Shown piece after piece: positions 38,258 through 46,896 of a stretch of DNA of 64,000 bases. The position numbers were made by a program, and so were the translations under genes. Origin of the DNA: an uncultured Clostridia bacterium (lineage in GTDB: Bacteria > Bacillota > Clostridia > TANB77 > CAG-508); assembly GCA_944391745.1 (NCBI GenBank), contig CALXUS010000004.1, positions 21,231 to 85,230 of the forward strand, given 5' to 3'. The notes under the pieces are model-generated. The model was not told the origin of the DNA. It did not search any database and worked only from the letters and a program-made list of their open reading frames with translations. Each line of letters begins with the position of its first letter. The first letter of the stretch is position 1.

Positions 38258-38504
38258 CCCTATTCTTTCATATTTTTAATTTAATATTTTACCATTTTGT
38301 ATATTCAATTTAATTATTGAATTAATTGTGATAAAAAATTGTAATTTTAAAATAAATTGTAAAAAAGAAATTTGCATATCATTTAACTTGATTTTGCTTA
38401 AAAGACCCATTATTTTAATTAATTTAATATAGTATGAAAGAATAGTTAGGCTGTAAAATTCTTTTTCATTTATCTTGCTGAATAGCTTTGCAAGCACCTA
38501 TTTT

Positions 38505-39011
38505 TTATAAGTCAATTTCAAATTCTATTGAATTCAATTTTGAAATTTCAAAATCTGTATCTTGAATTTTCTTTTCTAGTTCTTGGTATTCACTTTTTAT
38601 TTTATTTATATCATAATTAATAGTTTTACTTTCAAAATATGAATTATTTACTTCTGTAACTCTTTTTTTCGTACTTCTTTGTGTAATTAAATAATTATAT
38701 AATGTTTTCATTTTTCTTAAATTTGTATTATCTACTAGCGCTTCTTGTATTGTTCTTCCATCAGGTAATTTGTATGAATTATTTTTTTCATATATTACTG
38801 ATTTTATTTTTGTAATTCTTTTTTGAGTATTTTTGTATTCTTCAAACTCTTTTGTAAAATCTTCTTTATAGTCTTCTATAATGTTAATTTTGCCATCAAG
38901 TTCTTGAATTGATGTGTTGTATGCATGATCTTTAAGCTCATAGCCATAAGAAGAAAATTTTCTTTCTTCTTCTACTAAAATACTCATTAAATTTGATAAA
39001 TTAGTTTTCAT
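38505..39011 (-). CDS. Hypothetical helical protein (possibly DIP1984/septicolysin-like)
   Basis: 168-aa ORF. The layout and ...LPDGRTIQEALVDNTNLRKM... are reminiscent of that family. The family call is weak. Confidence 0.55.
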   Translation of the reverse strand: MKTNLSNLMSILVEEERKFSSYGYELKDHAYNTSIQELDGKINIIEDYKEDFTKEFEEYKNTQKRITKIKSVIYEKNNSYKLPDGRTIQEALVDNTNLRKMKTLYNYLITQRSTKKRVTEVNNSYFESKTINYDINKIKSEYQELEKKIQDTDFEISKLNSIEFEIDL

Positions 39012-39076
39012 ATCTTCTCTCCATTCATATATAATTTTAATTAATTATAGTATCTATCAAAATCTATGTCAATTAT

Positions 39077-39226
39077 TTATCTCATATAAAAGTAATTTGA
39101 AAATAATAAATTTAGAAATATTATAATTAAACCAATTATTATAGTAATTAATATACCTATAATAATTTTATCTTTTAAATTTGAGTATTGTAAAAAGGCT
39201 TTTTTCTTTTTATGTACTTTTTTCAT
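39077..39226 (-). CDS. Small (49 aa) membrane protein, below the ORF-track cutoff
   Basis: ATG lies 5 nt after GGAGGA. MKKVHKKKKAF... is followed by a hydrophobic helix IIIGILITIIIGLIIIFLNLLF. Confidence 0.4.
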   Translation of the reverse strand: MKKVHKKKKAFLQYSNLKDKIIIGILITIIIGLIIIFLNLLFSNYFYMR

Positions 39227-39330
39227 ATTTTCCTCCACTATTTTTATATATATTATGCTCTTTATTTTTTTAGGTTATTGTAACCACGATTATGTTAATT
39301 GCATAATTATATTAGTAAGGAGGTTTCAAT

Positions 39331-39657
39331 ATGTGTAGATGCAGAATGAATAGTTGTATGAATAATGATAACTCAAATATTATAGATACCAGAATGGTAA
39401 ACAATATTATTAATGAAAACGATTGTGACTGTGGATTTGATGAAGAATCAGTTTTTCCAGAGAATTATATGTTTGGTCAGAGTTATGTTCCAATTCAAAG
39501 AATGACTACCACTTTTAGACCTTGTACTGGATTAAAAATGGGTACTATCTTTCCAGAATTGGTTAGCCCTTATGTAACTGGTCAAAGCTTAGACGAAGAT
39601 CAATTTTTAAGATGTTCAAATGAAATTAAGGAGGGATGTAATAGTGGAATGCAATAA
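39331..39657 (+). CDS. cotJA: Spore coat-associated protein CotJA
   Basis: FGQSYVPIQRM...GLKMGTIFPELVSPY matches the CotJA signature. RBS is AAGGAGG. Confidence 0.85.
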   Translation: MCRCRMNSCMNNDNSNIIDTRMVNNIINENDCDCGFDEESVFPENYMFGQSYVPIQRMTTTFRPCTGLKMGTIFPELVSPYVTGQSLDEDQFLRCSNEIKEGCNSGMQ

Positions 39658-39946
39658 AACTTGTAATTGCAATTGTACTTGCAAAGAAAATGATAATTGT
39701 TCTTCTAGAGAAGAAATGATGAATAATATTAGAGGTTTTAATTTTGCAATTGTTGAATTAGGATTATATCTTGATACACATCCAGATGATGCAAAAGCTC
39801 TTGCTTTGCATAAAGAATACTGTAAATGCTATAAAGAAGCTTTAGAAAAGTATCAAAAGAAATATGGGCCACTTTCAATATTCTATCCATGTAATAAATG
39901 GAGATGGCTAGAACAACCTTGGCCATGGGAAGGAGGTAATTTCTAA
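39620..39946 (+). CDS. cotJB: Spore coat protein CotJB
   Basis: FNFAIVELGLYLDTHPDDAKAL...YGPLS. The exact start is uncertain. Confidence 0.85.
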   Translation: MKLRRDVIVECNKTCNCNCTCKENDNCSSREEMMNNIRGFNFAIVELGLYLDTHPDDAKALALHKEYCKCYKEALEKYQKKYGPLSIFYPCNKWRWLEQPWPWEGGNF

Positions 39947-40567
39947 TGTGGACTTATAATAAAACTCTTCAATATCCAATTAAAATAAAACAACAGAATC
40001 CACGTTTAGCTAAATTTATAATCTCTCAATATGGTGGTCCTGATGGTGAACTTGGTGCTTCACTAAGATATTTAAGTCAAAGATTTGGTATGCCTGATCA
40101 AAAAAGCAAGGCTATACTAAATGACGTTGGAACAGAGGAACTACGGACATCTTGAAATGGTAGGAACCATAGTTCATCAATTAACTAAAGGTATAACTGC
40201 AGAAGAAGCAGAAAAAGCAGGTTTAGGTGCATATTATACAGATCATGGATTAGACGTATATCCTCAATCTGCTGGTGGATTTCCATTTAGTGCTAATGCA
40301 ATAGCATGTAAAGGTGACCCTATAGCAAATTTGCAAGAAGATTTAGCAGCCGAGCAAAAAGCTCGAGCGACTTATGAAAAATTAATTGATTTATGTAAAG
40401 ATAATACTGATGTTGTAGATGTGTTACGATTTTTAAGACAAAGAGAAATTGTTCACTTCCAAAGATTTGGTGAAGCTCTTCGCGGTGTTCAAGATAAATT
40501 AGCTGAAAGAAGAATGTTTACAATGGGAAATTGTAATATGAATAATAATGATAATTGTCAATGTTAA
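39946..40567 (+). pseudogene. cotJC: Spore coat protein CotJC (Mn-catalase family), split by a +1 frame break at CGG 40144-40146; disrupted or recoded
   Basis: ORF 39946..40155 reads MWTYNKTLQYPIKIK...LRYLSQRF...VGTEEL, then R-T-S-stop. The +1 frame continues GHLEMVGTIVHQL...KGDPIANLQEDLAAEQKARATY. DNA is GAA CTA CGG ACA. Confidence 0.88.
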
Positions 40568-40583
40568 ATAGGAATATCAATAA

Positions 40584-40611
40584 AGGCAGACCATAGTCTG
40601 CCTAATTTTTT
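40584..40611. terminator. Bidirectional terminator between cotJC and the convergent operon
   Basis: AGGCAGAC-CATA-GTCTGCCT followed by a T-run. Confidence 0.75.
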
Positions 40612-42007
40612 ATTCTCTTCCACTATCAATTGAAATATCATTTGTCATTTTTGTTAAATTAATTTTCTTTATCCAATTAAATTTATCGCCATATTTTCCT
40701 AGTTTATTATTTAATATAAATGCATTATCATTTTCTATATCTATCTGCTCTTTACTTATGCCTTTTGCAGAACAATTTAATGCGAAATATACTCCATAGC
40801 CCAAATCATGATAATTATCATAATCTTTTGTTTTCAAAGTAATATGATATAGGCCATCTCCTTCACTAATAAATCTACAATTTTTTGTATCATGATGTTC
40901 TCTTTCACTATAAGTTAAACAATTTATTGAGCACCCTCTAGCATTGTTCTTTGGTTTAACTTCTCCTCCATCTAATAATAAAATAAAGTTTGATAAAGTT
41001 AAAAAATCGTGAATTGGTATAACTTTACTACTAGAAAATAAATTAATTACATTATAATAATTTTCTCCTGATTTAACTATAGTTCTAGCTCCAACTATAC
41101 TATTATGCGGACTTTGACTAATTAACAACCCATCACGACAAACTTGAAATTTATCAGATTTAGACAATAAAGCAAGTGATACTACATTAAAAATAGCTCT
41201 ATCATTAAACTTAAAATCTTGGTCTGAGTCGCTTTTCTCTAATATAATTTGTCCAAACTTATTCATATTACCATCTTCTGTATATTCAAAAATACTTTTA
41301 CCATTATTGGCTAGATTTATAGGTTGTATTCTTCCAATTGTTTTAATAAAATCAGGATCATCTATTACTTTTTGATAATCTGTCTTTTCAACTTTTTCAT
41401 TAGATTTATTAGTCATAAATGTTTCAATTTCTTCTTGACTAACTGGTCTTCCTAAAGTCTTTTCTAATACCATTCTGTATCCAGATAAAAGTTTTTCTAA
41501 TATAGAATTTTTCTCGATAGTTGCTGAATTTCTAGATTGAATTAAATTTAGTGATTTAATTATAATATTAGCTTCATTTATTTTTCTTTGAGCTTCATCT
41601 AATATTTCTTCTCTTTTCTTTTCCAAACTTTGTCTTTGCTCTTCAATTTCTATATTTACTTTATCTTGTTCTTGTTGTGCAGAATCACGTATTTTTCTTG
41701 CTTCATTTTCCGCAGTAGCTACTATTGTACGACTTTGTCGTCTTGCTTCTTTTAATAAATTATCTGCATCTTTTTGTGCTTGTGTGGTTTTGTCATATAC
41801 TTCTTTTTCTAATTCTTGTCTCCTACTTAATATTTCGTTTTCTAGTTGTGCTCTTTTATCTGCTATTTCTTTTTCAAGTTGACTTCTTTCTTCTGCGATT
41901 TCTGCTTCAGCAATTTTTTTGGCTTCAGAAACTAGTTGCTCCATTAATGATTGCTCTTTATTTTCTTCAGTTGTTTCTGCTTCTACTATAATTCTTCTTT
42001 TAGCCAA
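40610..42007 (-). CDS. Hypothetical protein: MAKRRI N-terminus, long E/K/Q coiled coil, unknown C-terminal domain
   Basis: 465-aa ORF and last gene of a four-gene operon. Confidence 0.7.
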   Translation of the reverse strand: MAKRRIIVEAETTEENKEQSLMEQLVSEAKKIAEAEIAEERSQLEKEIADKRAQLENEILSRRQELEKEVYDKTTQAQKDADNLLKEARRQSRTIVATAENEARKIRDSAQQEQDKVNIEIEEQRQSLEKKREEILDEAQRKINEANIIIKSLNLIQSRNSATIEKNSILEKLLSGYRMVLEKTLGRPVSQEEIETFMTNKSNEKVEKTDYQKVIDDPDFIKTIGRIQPINLANNGKSIFEYTEDGNMNKFGQIILEKSDSDQDFKFNDRAIFNVVSLALLSKSDKFQVCRDGLLISQSPHNSIVGARTIVKSGENYYNVINLFSSSKVIPIHDFLTLSNFILLLDGGEVKPKNNARGCSINCLTYSEREHHDTKNCRFISEGDGLYHITLKTKDYDNYHDLGYGVYFALNCSAKGISKEQIDIENDNAFILNNKLGKYGDKFNWIKKINLTKMTNDISIDSGRE

Positions 42008-42043
42008 TTTAGTATCCTCTCTTTCTGTTATTAATACTTTTCT

Positions 42044-42670
42044 TTACTCTAATTCACCAAATTCTGGATTTTTGTTCTTTTCATTTTCTAATAATTTTAC
42101 TTTTCTCGCTTCATCTCTCCAAAAAATACAATCATCTTTGTAATATTCTAAGATTTTATTCATAAGAAACCTGTTTGTACTATTATATTGAGCTTGATAA
42201 TTTTCAAATAAAGTTTTAAGTTCGTTTTCTGTAAGTTGTTGATATCTAGGAATATATTTTGTTACATATACTAATTTACCTAGGCAACCATAAACTCTTA
42301 TTAATTCTTTATTATATTGAAAATAATCATTGTAGTATATTGTTCCAAGTTCGCTTGCATCTTCTTGACAAAAATGTTTATAGAATACTTTTTCTTCTTC
42401 ATTTTCCAAAAAATCTTTGGGACTATACTCTGAATAATATATTTCGTCCAATTTTTCTTTTTCTTTTAAATATCTTTTTTTCTTGCTAATTTTAGTTTCA
42501 TATTTTCGCTTTTTATTTAAAAAGTCCATAACTATTTTTGATTGACCATCCTCAGTGGTACACATTATTGTATCAATAATTTTCTTAATTATTACTGAGT
42601 TTTCATGCTCTTTTCTTTTTTTGTTATTAATTATCTCTAGCCTCTCTTTTTCTGCATCACTCTGCTTCAT
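42044..42670 (-). CDS. Hypothetical protein, paralog of 43026..43859, ending ...PEFGELE
   Basis: The shared C-terminal block is NKILEYYKDDCIFWRDE...FGELE here and NKVLEYYSKELEYWDK...YGELE in the paralog. Confidence 0.7.
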   Translation of the reverse strand: MKQSDAEKERLEIINNKKRKEHENSVIIKKIIDTIMCTTEDGQSKIVMDFLNKKRKYETKISKKKRYLKEKEKLDEIYYSEYSPKDFLENEEEKVFYKHFCQEDASELGTIYYNDYFQYNKELIRVYGCLGKLVYVTKYIPRYQQLTENELKTLFENYQAQYNSTNRFLMNKILEYYKDDCIFWRDEARKVKLLENEKNKNPEFGELE

Positions 42671-42696
42671 TTTTCTTCCTCCTAGTGGCTATATAA

Positions 42697-43008
42697 TTAA
42701 ATAATATTTAAATATATATTTCTCCAACTATTTAGCTCATCATTTATTTTTCTATATACATTAATTACGCTAATTTCTGTACTTTTTAAATGATCTACTT
42801 CTAAATTTACTACTTCTTTTGTTTTTAGAGCATAGTCTAATTTACCTTTTTTACTCAATTCTATTTGAATGTTTTTTATTTCACTAAAATCTTCTTTTGC
42901 AAATTGAACAACTTCTTTATTTTGCAAATAAGGCTCCAATTTTTCAATATTATTTATATATTTTTTTATTTTTTTATAATTATTTATATTTAAAATTTTA
43001 TTATCCAT
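42697..43008 (-). CDS. Hypothetical small helical protein
   Basis: 103-aa ORF between the two paralogs. Confidence 0.6.
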   Translation of the reverse strand: MDNKILNINNYKKIKKYINNIEKLEPYLQNKEVVQFAKEDFSEIKNIQIELSKKGKLDYALKTKEVVNLEVDHLKSTEISVINVYRKINDELNSWRNIYLNII

Positions 43009-43025
43009 TTACTGACACCTATTTT

Positions 43026-43859
43026 TTATTCTAGTTCTCCATACTCTCTATCTGATTTTTTCTCTTTTTGACTTATTAATGTTTTATCCCAGTATTCTAA
43101 TTCTTTTGAATAATATTCTAATACCTTATTCATTCCCATTATATTTACTCTTCTTATGCAATCCTGTTCTTTTCTCTCTATATAAAGATCATCATAAACT
43201 CCATAATAATCTTTTTTTAACCTTTCTGTAACTATATCAGGATTAATATTTTCCAACTTTTCAGCTATTACTTTATAAGAAAGTGACTCACTATTAGGAG
43301 GACAATCTGTAATTTTATTTAAGAAATTTTTCCTATATCCACTATATTCTTTACTTTGTGATTTAATTTGTAAATAAATATAATTACTTTCGTTTTCATA
43401 ATAATTACCCTCATGTAGTAAACTAGCTGAATCATGGCAATCTTCTACCAATAATTCTGTTAAGGCTTGCATTGGATAAATTATTTTCTCAATAGCTCTA
43501 TTAAAAACTCTTTGTGGCATTTTATATCCATATATAAAATTTTTAACACTAAGTCCACTAAGAATTGTTCTACTATTTAACATCTCTAATGTTTGATCTG
43601 GTGTGTTTTTTTCTCTTTTCATATATGCTGAATTAATATCATTAACTCCTAATTTTGCCTTAAATATATTATTTCTATAATCTTTAATTTGTTTTGTAAA
43701 TTCTAAAAAAGATTTTTCATCTGTCATTGAACATGATATTTGATTAATAATATTTCTAATCATTCCTTCATTTTGAGTTTCAATTGATTTTTGTTTTGCA
43801 ACAATTTCTTCATAAGTTGAAAATTCAGTAACATTGTTTGGCATGACATTATTTTGCAT
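43026..43859 (-). CDS. Hypothetical protein ending ...REYGELE
   Basis: 277-aa ORF and first gene after the promoter at 43924-43952. Confidence 0.7.
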   Translation of the reverse strand: MQNNVMPNNVTEFSTYEEIVAKQKSIETQNEGMIRNIINQISCSMTDEKSFLEFTKQIKDYRNNIFKAKLGVNDINSAYMKREKNTPDQTLEMLNSRTILSGLSVKNFIYGYKMPQRVFNRAIEKIIYPMQALTELLVEDCHDSASLLHEGNYYENESNYIYLQIKSQSKEYSGYRKNFLNKITDCPPNSESLSYKVIAEKLENINPDIVTERLKKDYYGVYDDLYIERKEQDCIRRVNIMGMNKVLEYYSKELEYWDKTLISQKEKKSDREYGELE

Positions 43860-43923
43860 GGCTTTCCCCCTAATTATTAAATGTATTTTTATTAATATAT
43901 TAATTAATTTAATTGTAGGTAAA

Positions 43924-43952
43924 TTATATAACGTATTACATTCAATGTCAAT
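43924..43952 (-). promoter_or_regulatory. Perfect consensus sigma-A promoter (TTGACA-17-TATAAT)
   Basis: Minus strand reads TTGACAttgaatgtaatacgttaTATAAT, about 65 nt upstream of the ATG at 43859. Confidence 0.65.
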
Positions 43953-44006
43953 ATATTATGTTATTCAAATTGAATAATCCTTATTTTAAAGCTTTTTTTG
44001 CAATTT

Positions 44007-44048
44007 AAAAGAGGATGGTCATGCTTTTCAGCATGACCATCCTCTTTT
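44007..44048 (-). terminator. Strong rho-independent terminator ending the higher-GC operon
   Basis: GAGGATGGTCATGC-N6-GCATGACCATCCTC (14-bp perfect stem) followed by TTTT. Confidence 0.85.
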
Positions 44049-44070
44049 ATGAAAGAATGAAATCAATTAT

Positions 44071-44925
44071 TCAGCAGGAAAAAATGTTTTCGTAGCTAAT
44101 AAACTTTGACAACTCGGGTCCATAAGGATTTGCCATAGCATAAGGGCTGAATGTTTCTTCTCTTGAATTATTACCCATCATATTAGTAGGAATACTCGAA
44201 TGGATAATCAGAACTAAATGTGGATTAAGGATTTTGCTTAGTTCGTTCAATGTTACATAGTTAATGTTATCTCTAATATCGATAGGCATAACAATCTTTG
44301 TTGGATTGTCACACATTGCAACGATGTTGCTAATCACGTCCTTAATCTTTTCATATCTATTCTGATACGCACCCATTACACTAAGTCTTCTAAGAGCACT
44401 TTCACCCTCATAAAACCTGTCGTTATTAGCAGACCTTATGTTACCATAAATTGAATCAAGTTGTGCATAGATTTCCCTAAGCTTATAAGGAAAATTCCTA
44501 TTATAAAAAACATCAGAATCTTTTACAACATTTAATAATGCTGCGCATATATTCCCAAGTAAATCTTGGTTTTCATATCTGAACAGATTGGTTATTAAGG
44601 CATCGTTTCTCCTACGAATCCTTAAAATAGTATCAACAATGACCGCATCATGATTAATACCAAATACACCAATCATTCCATCTTCACAAGGATTACTTAG
44701 ATGTTGTTCAACACAGCTAGCTACAAGACAATATACTGCATGTAAATCGTGCGTGCCATTAGAGTTTCTGATATTTCCATTATAATCGGTATTATCCTCA
44801 TATTCAGGTTCATCGTAGTAGTCTATCTGAATTGGTCTATTCTGCCGACTTCTTGATTCTCTCCTTTCGTCTTCACCTCCTAGCCTTTGAGGAGGTGGAT
44901 CAAATAAAATTCTTCTTCTAGCCAT
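44071..44925 (-). CDS. Hypothetical protein with Arg/acidic disordered N-terminus (MARRRILFDPPPQRLGGEDERRESRSRQ...)
   Basis: 284-aa ORF, last gene of the AAA+ operon. It uses CGG in frame. Confidence 0.7.
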   Translation of the reverse strand: MARRRILFDPPPQRLGGEDERRESRSRQNRPIQIDYYDEPEYEDNTDYNGNIRNSNGTHDLHAVYCLVASCVEQHLSNPCEDGMIGVFGINHDAVIVDTILRIRRRNDALITNLFRYENQDLLGNICAALLNVVKDSDVFYNRNFPYKLREIYAQLDSIYGNIRSANNDRFYEGESALRRLSVMGAYQNRYEKIKDVISNIVAMCDNPTKIVMPIDIRDNINYVTLNELSKILNPHLVLIIHSSIPTNMMGNNSREETFSPYAMANPYGPELSKFISYENIFSC

Positions 44926-44956
44926 CTTTTGTACTCCTCCACATTAGTAAAGGATG

Positions 44957-46318
44957 TTATTCTATCAAAATATTTTTGGCTTTAGTTTTAAAGCCCTGTT
45001 TAAACGCCCCCATTTCAATAATTTCATTAACAAATTCTAAGACTTCATTAGTATACACACTAGCTAAATATTTTTTAGCCCTTGTGCAAGCCAAGTCATC
45101 TCTAGAATTACTAATAATTGTAACAATTTTTTCGAATTCTTTTTCAAACTCGAATTTTACTTTTGTATCCACTCCAGCTATATTGCTATATTTTTGAATG
45201 AATTCATCTGTTAATATTTTAGCTGGCATTTTCTTAAACATATAATATGCTTTAAGATAAGTGTCACTAATAGTTTCAGACTCTTCTTCAGCATTTGGAG
45301 CTGGATAACAGGTAGCATTAAATTCTTTCCGGATAACTTCCATGCGTCTGTTTGCAACTTCTTTTGGAACTTGGTTGCTCATTTTAGAGGCTGGAGTTCC
45401 ATCTACTTTTTCATAAGTTGCTACAGCAACATCATCAAAGTATCCTTGAGACAAGTATTTGACAAGATTTGTAAACTTTTCGTCAGTTTCTCCAGGGAAC
45501 CCAACAATTACTTCAGTAGAAATAATTAAATCAGGTCTGCATTTCCGAAGTAATAAGATATTATTAGTCAGTTCATCAATGTTATATTGACGGTTCATTG
45601 CTTTTAAGATTTCCCGGTCATTATGTTCAATATGAAGCATAATCTCACTGATGTTTTCATTTTCCTTTATTACTGAAATAATATCTTTCAAATAATTAGG
45701 ATGAAACCAACCAATGATAAATTGACTATTCGGAAATTTCTTTGCAATTATTTCCATCAGTTCTCCAAAAGCTCTATGATTATACAGGTCAATCCCATAT
45801 AAAGCTGTTTCTTGAGCTCCAGAAATACAAATTGTTGATTCTGTACTGTAAAGATCTTTTACTTCTTCAATAACTTGTTCCTTAGGTTTGCTCTTGTATT
45901 CACTTTTGCAAAGTTTCGGATAAACACAATAGCTACACTGTTGGAGACAACCTTCTGAGATAATGACGGTGTTTTGCTTAATAGATTTTTTGCGTGAATT
46001 ATTGTTCTCAAAGTATTTGATGACATTATTAAAGTCTACAACCTGAATTCCAGGAATATACTCGAGATCTTCACGATAAATCTTAGTTAAGCATCCTGTG
46101 ACAATAACTTTTGCATCAGGCTTAGCATGCATTTTTACATCAGCAATAACTCTGACAGAATATGCTCTATTGCTTCCAAAAGCACATGTATAAATAATTA
46201 TAACATCTGCTATTGTATAGTCAGTAGTTATATTGCTTTGTGGAATTTTGGCCAACAAAATGTTGGCTTTTTCTAAGTCTGCATGCATGTCATTACACAT
46301 AACTAATGCAATTTTCAT
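44957..46318 (-). CDS. Methylthiotransferase-family radical SAM enzyme (MiaB/RimO/MtaB-like) with a non-TRAM helical C-terminus
   Basis: N-terminal MTTase Cys triad (VMCND, YTCAF, TGCL), radical SAM CLQQCSYC, ...LHIEHNDREILKAMNRQY, IVGFPGETDEKF, and GTPASKMSNQVP. Confidence 0.85.
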   Translation of the reverse strand: MKIALVMCNDMHADLEKANILLAKIPQSNITTDYTIADVIIIYTCAFGSNRAYSVRVIADVKMHAKPDAKVIVTGCLTKIYREDLEYIPGIQVVDFNNVIKYFENNNSRKKSIKQNTVIISEGCLQQCSYCVYPKLCKSEYKSKPKEQVIEEVKDLYSTESTICISGAQETALYGIDLYNHRAFGELMEIIAKKFPNSQFIIGWFHPNYLKDIISVIKENENISEIMLHIEHNDREILKAMNRQYNIDELTNNILLLRKCRPDLIISTEVIVGFPGETDEKFTNLVKYLSQGYFDDVAVATYEKVDGTPASKMSNQVPKEVANRRMEVIRKEFNATCYPAPNAEEESETISDTYLKAYYMFKKMPAKILTDEFIQKYSNIAGVDTKVKFEFEKEFEKIVTIISNSRDDLACTRAKKYLASVYTNEVLEFVNEIIEMGAFKQGFKTKAKNILIE

Positions 46319-46320
46319 AA

Positions 46321-46896
46321 TTAGTACTCAGCCTTCAGCCGTTCCCTTTCAGCAACAGTTTCCATATCGGACTGCCGATACTCTGCAGTGAACTTCCTGC
46401 TTTTAACTTTTCCCAAAGCATCTTCAAGCTTAAGGAATTTGGCACAATTCTTGCCTTTAATGCCTTTAGGCTTAAAGTAAAGTTCACCTGCTTCGCCGAC
46501 GGTAACAATCATATACCCTCCATCAGGAGATTGAGGATCCCTGATACGGAAGGTGTTTTTGTCACCCTCAGGCATAATGCTGAAATGATTTTTGCGAGCC
46601 TGCTTTTTCAAATTTTCAATTGCATACTGTTCCAGGAAATAGGAGCCTTTAGGGCCAATAGCCCGTTCAACATCTCCTTCGAAAAAATCAGCCGTAATCT
46701 GATAGGTCCCATCTCCGCTTTCCTGCAAGGCCATATCATAATGTCCAGGCAGTTTTACGACATTTTCCATGGATTTGGAACCAAAGTAATACCGACAACT
46801 CCCATAAGGAAGCATTTCAAGCCCCATATTTTCAAAGGCTTTTTTTGCAACCTCAAGATCACGAATTTCAGTACTAATATTGCTAAAGTGACTCAT
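46321..46896 (-). CDS. DUF1257 (Ycf35-like) fused to a DUF2997-like C-terminal module
   Basis: MSHFSNISTEIRDLEVAKKAFENMGLEM is a DUF1257-type N-terminus. The C-terminal YMIVTVGEAGELYFKPKGIKGKNCAKFLKLEDALGKV resembles DUF2997. Confidence 0.65.
   Translation of the reverse strand: MSHFSNISTEIRDLEVAKKAFENMGLEMLPYGSCRYYFGSKSMENVVKLPGHYDMALQESGDGTYQITADFFEGDVERAIGPKGSYFLEQYAIENLKKQARKNHFSIMPEGDKNTFRIRDPQSPDGGYMIVTVGEAGELYFKPKGIKGKNCAKFLKLEDALGKVKSRKFTAEYRQSDMETVAERERLKAEY

Noticed and set aside
38276-38497. Track ORF 38276..38497 (-)
   Set aside because: It has no RBS, an Ile/Leu/Lys-rich translation typical of AT-rich noise, and lies in the intergenic region upstream of the flavoprotein gene.
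39620-39657. The 38-nt overlap of cotJA and cotJB as another frameshift
   Set aside because: Both products are complete, distinct known families. The overlap is explained by an internal downstream start for cotJB.
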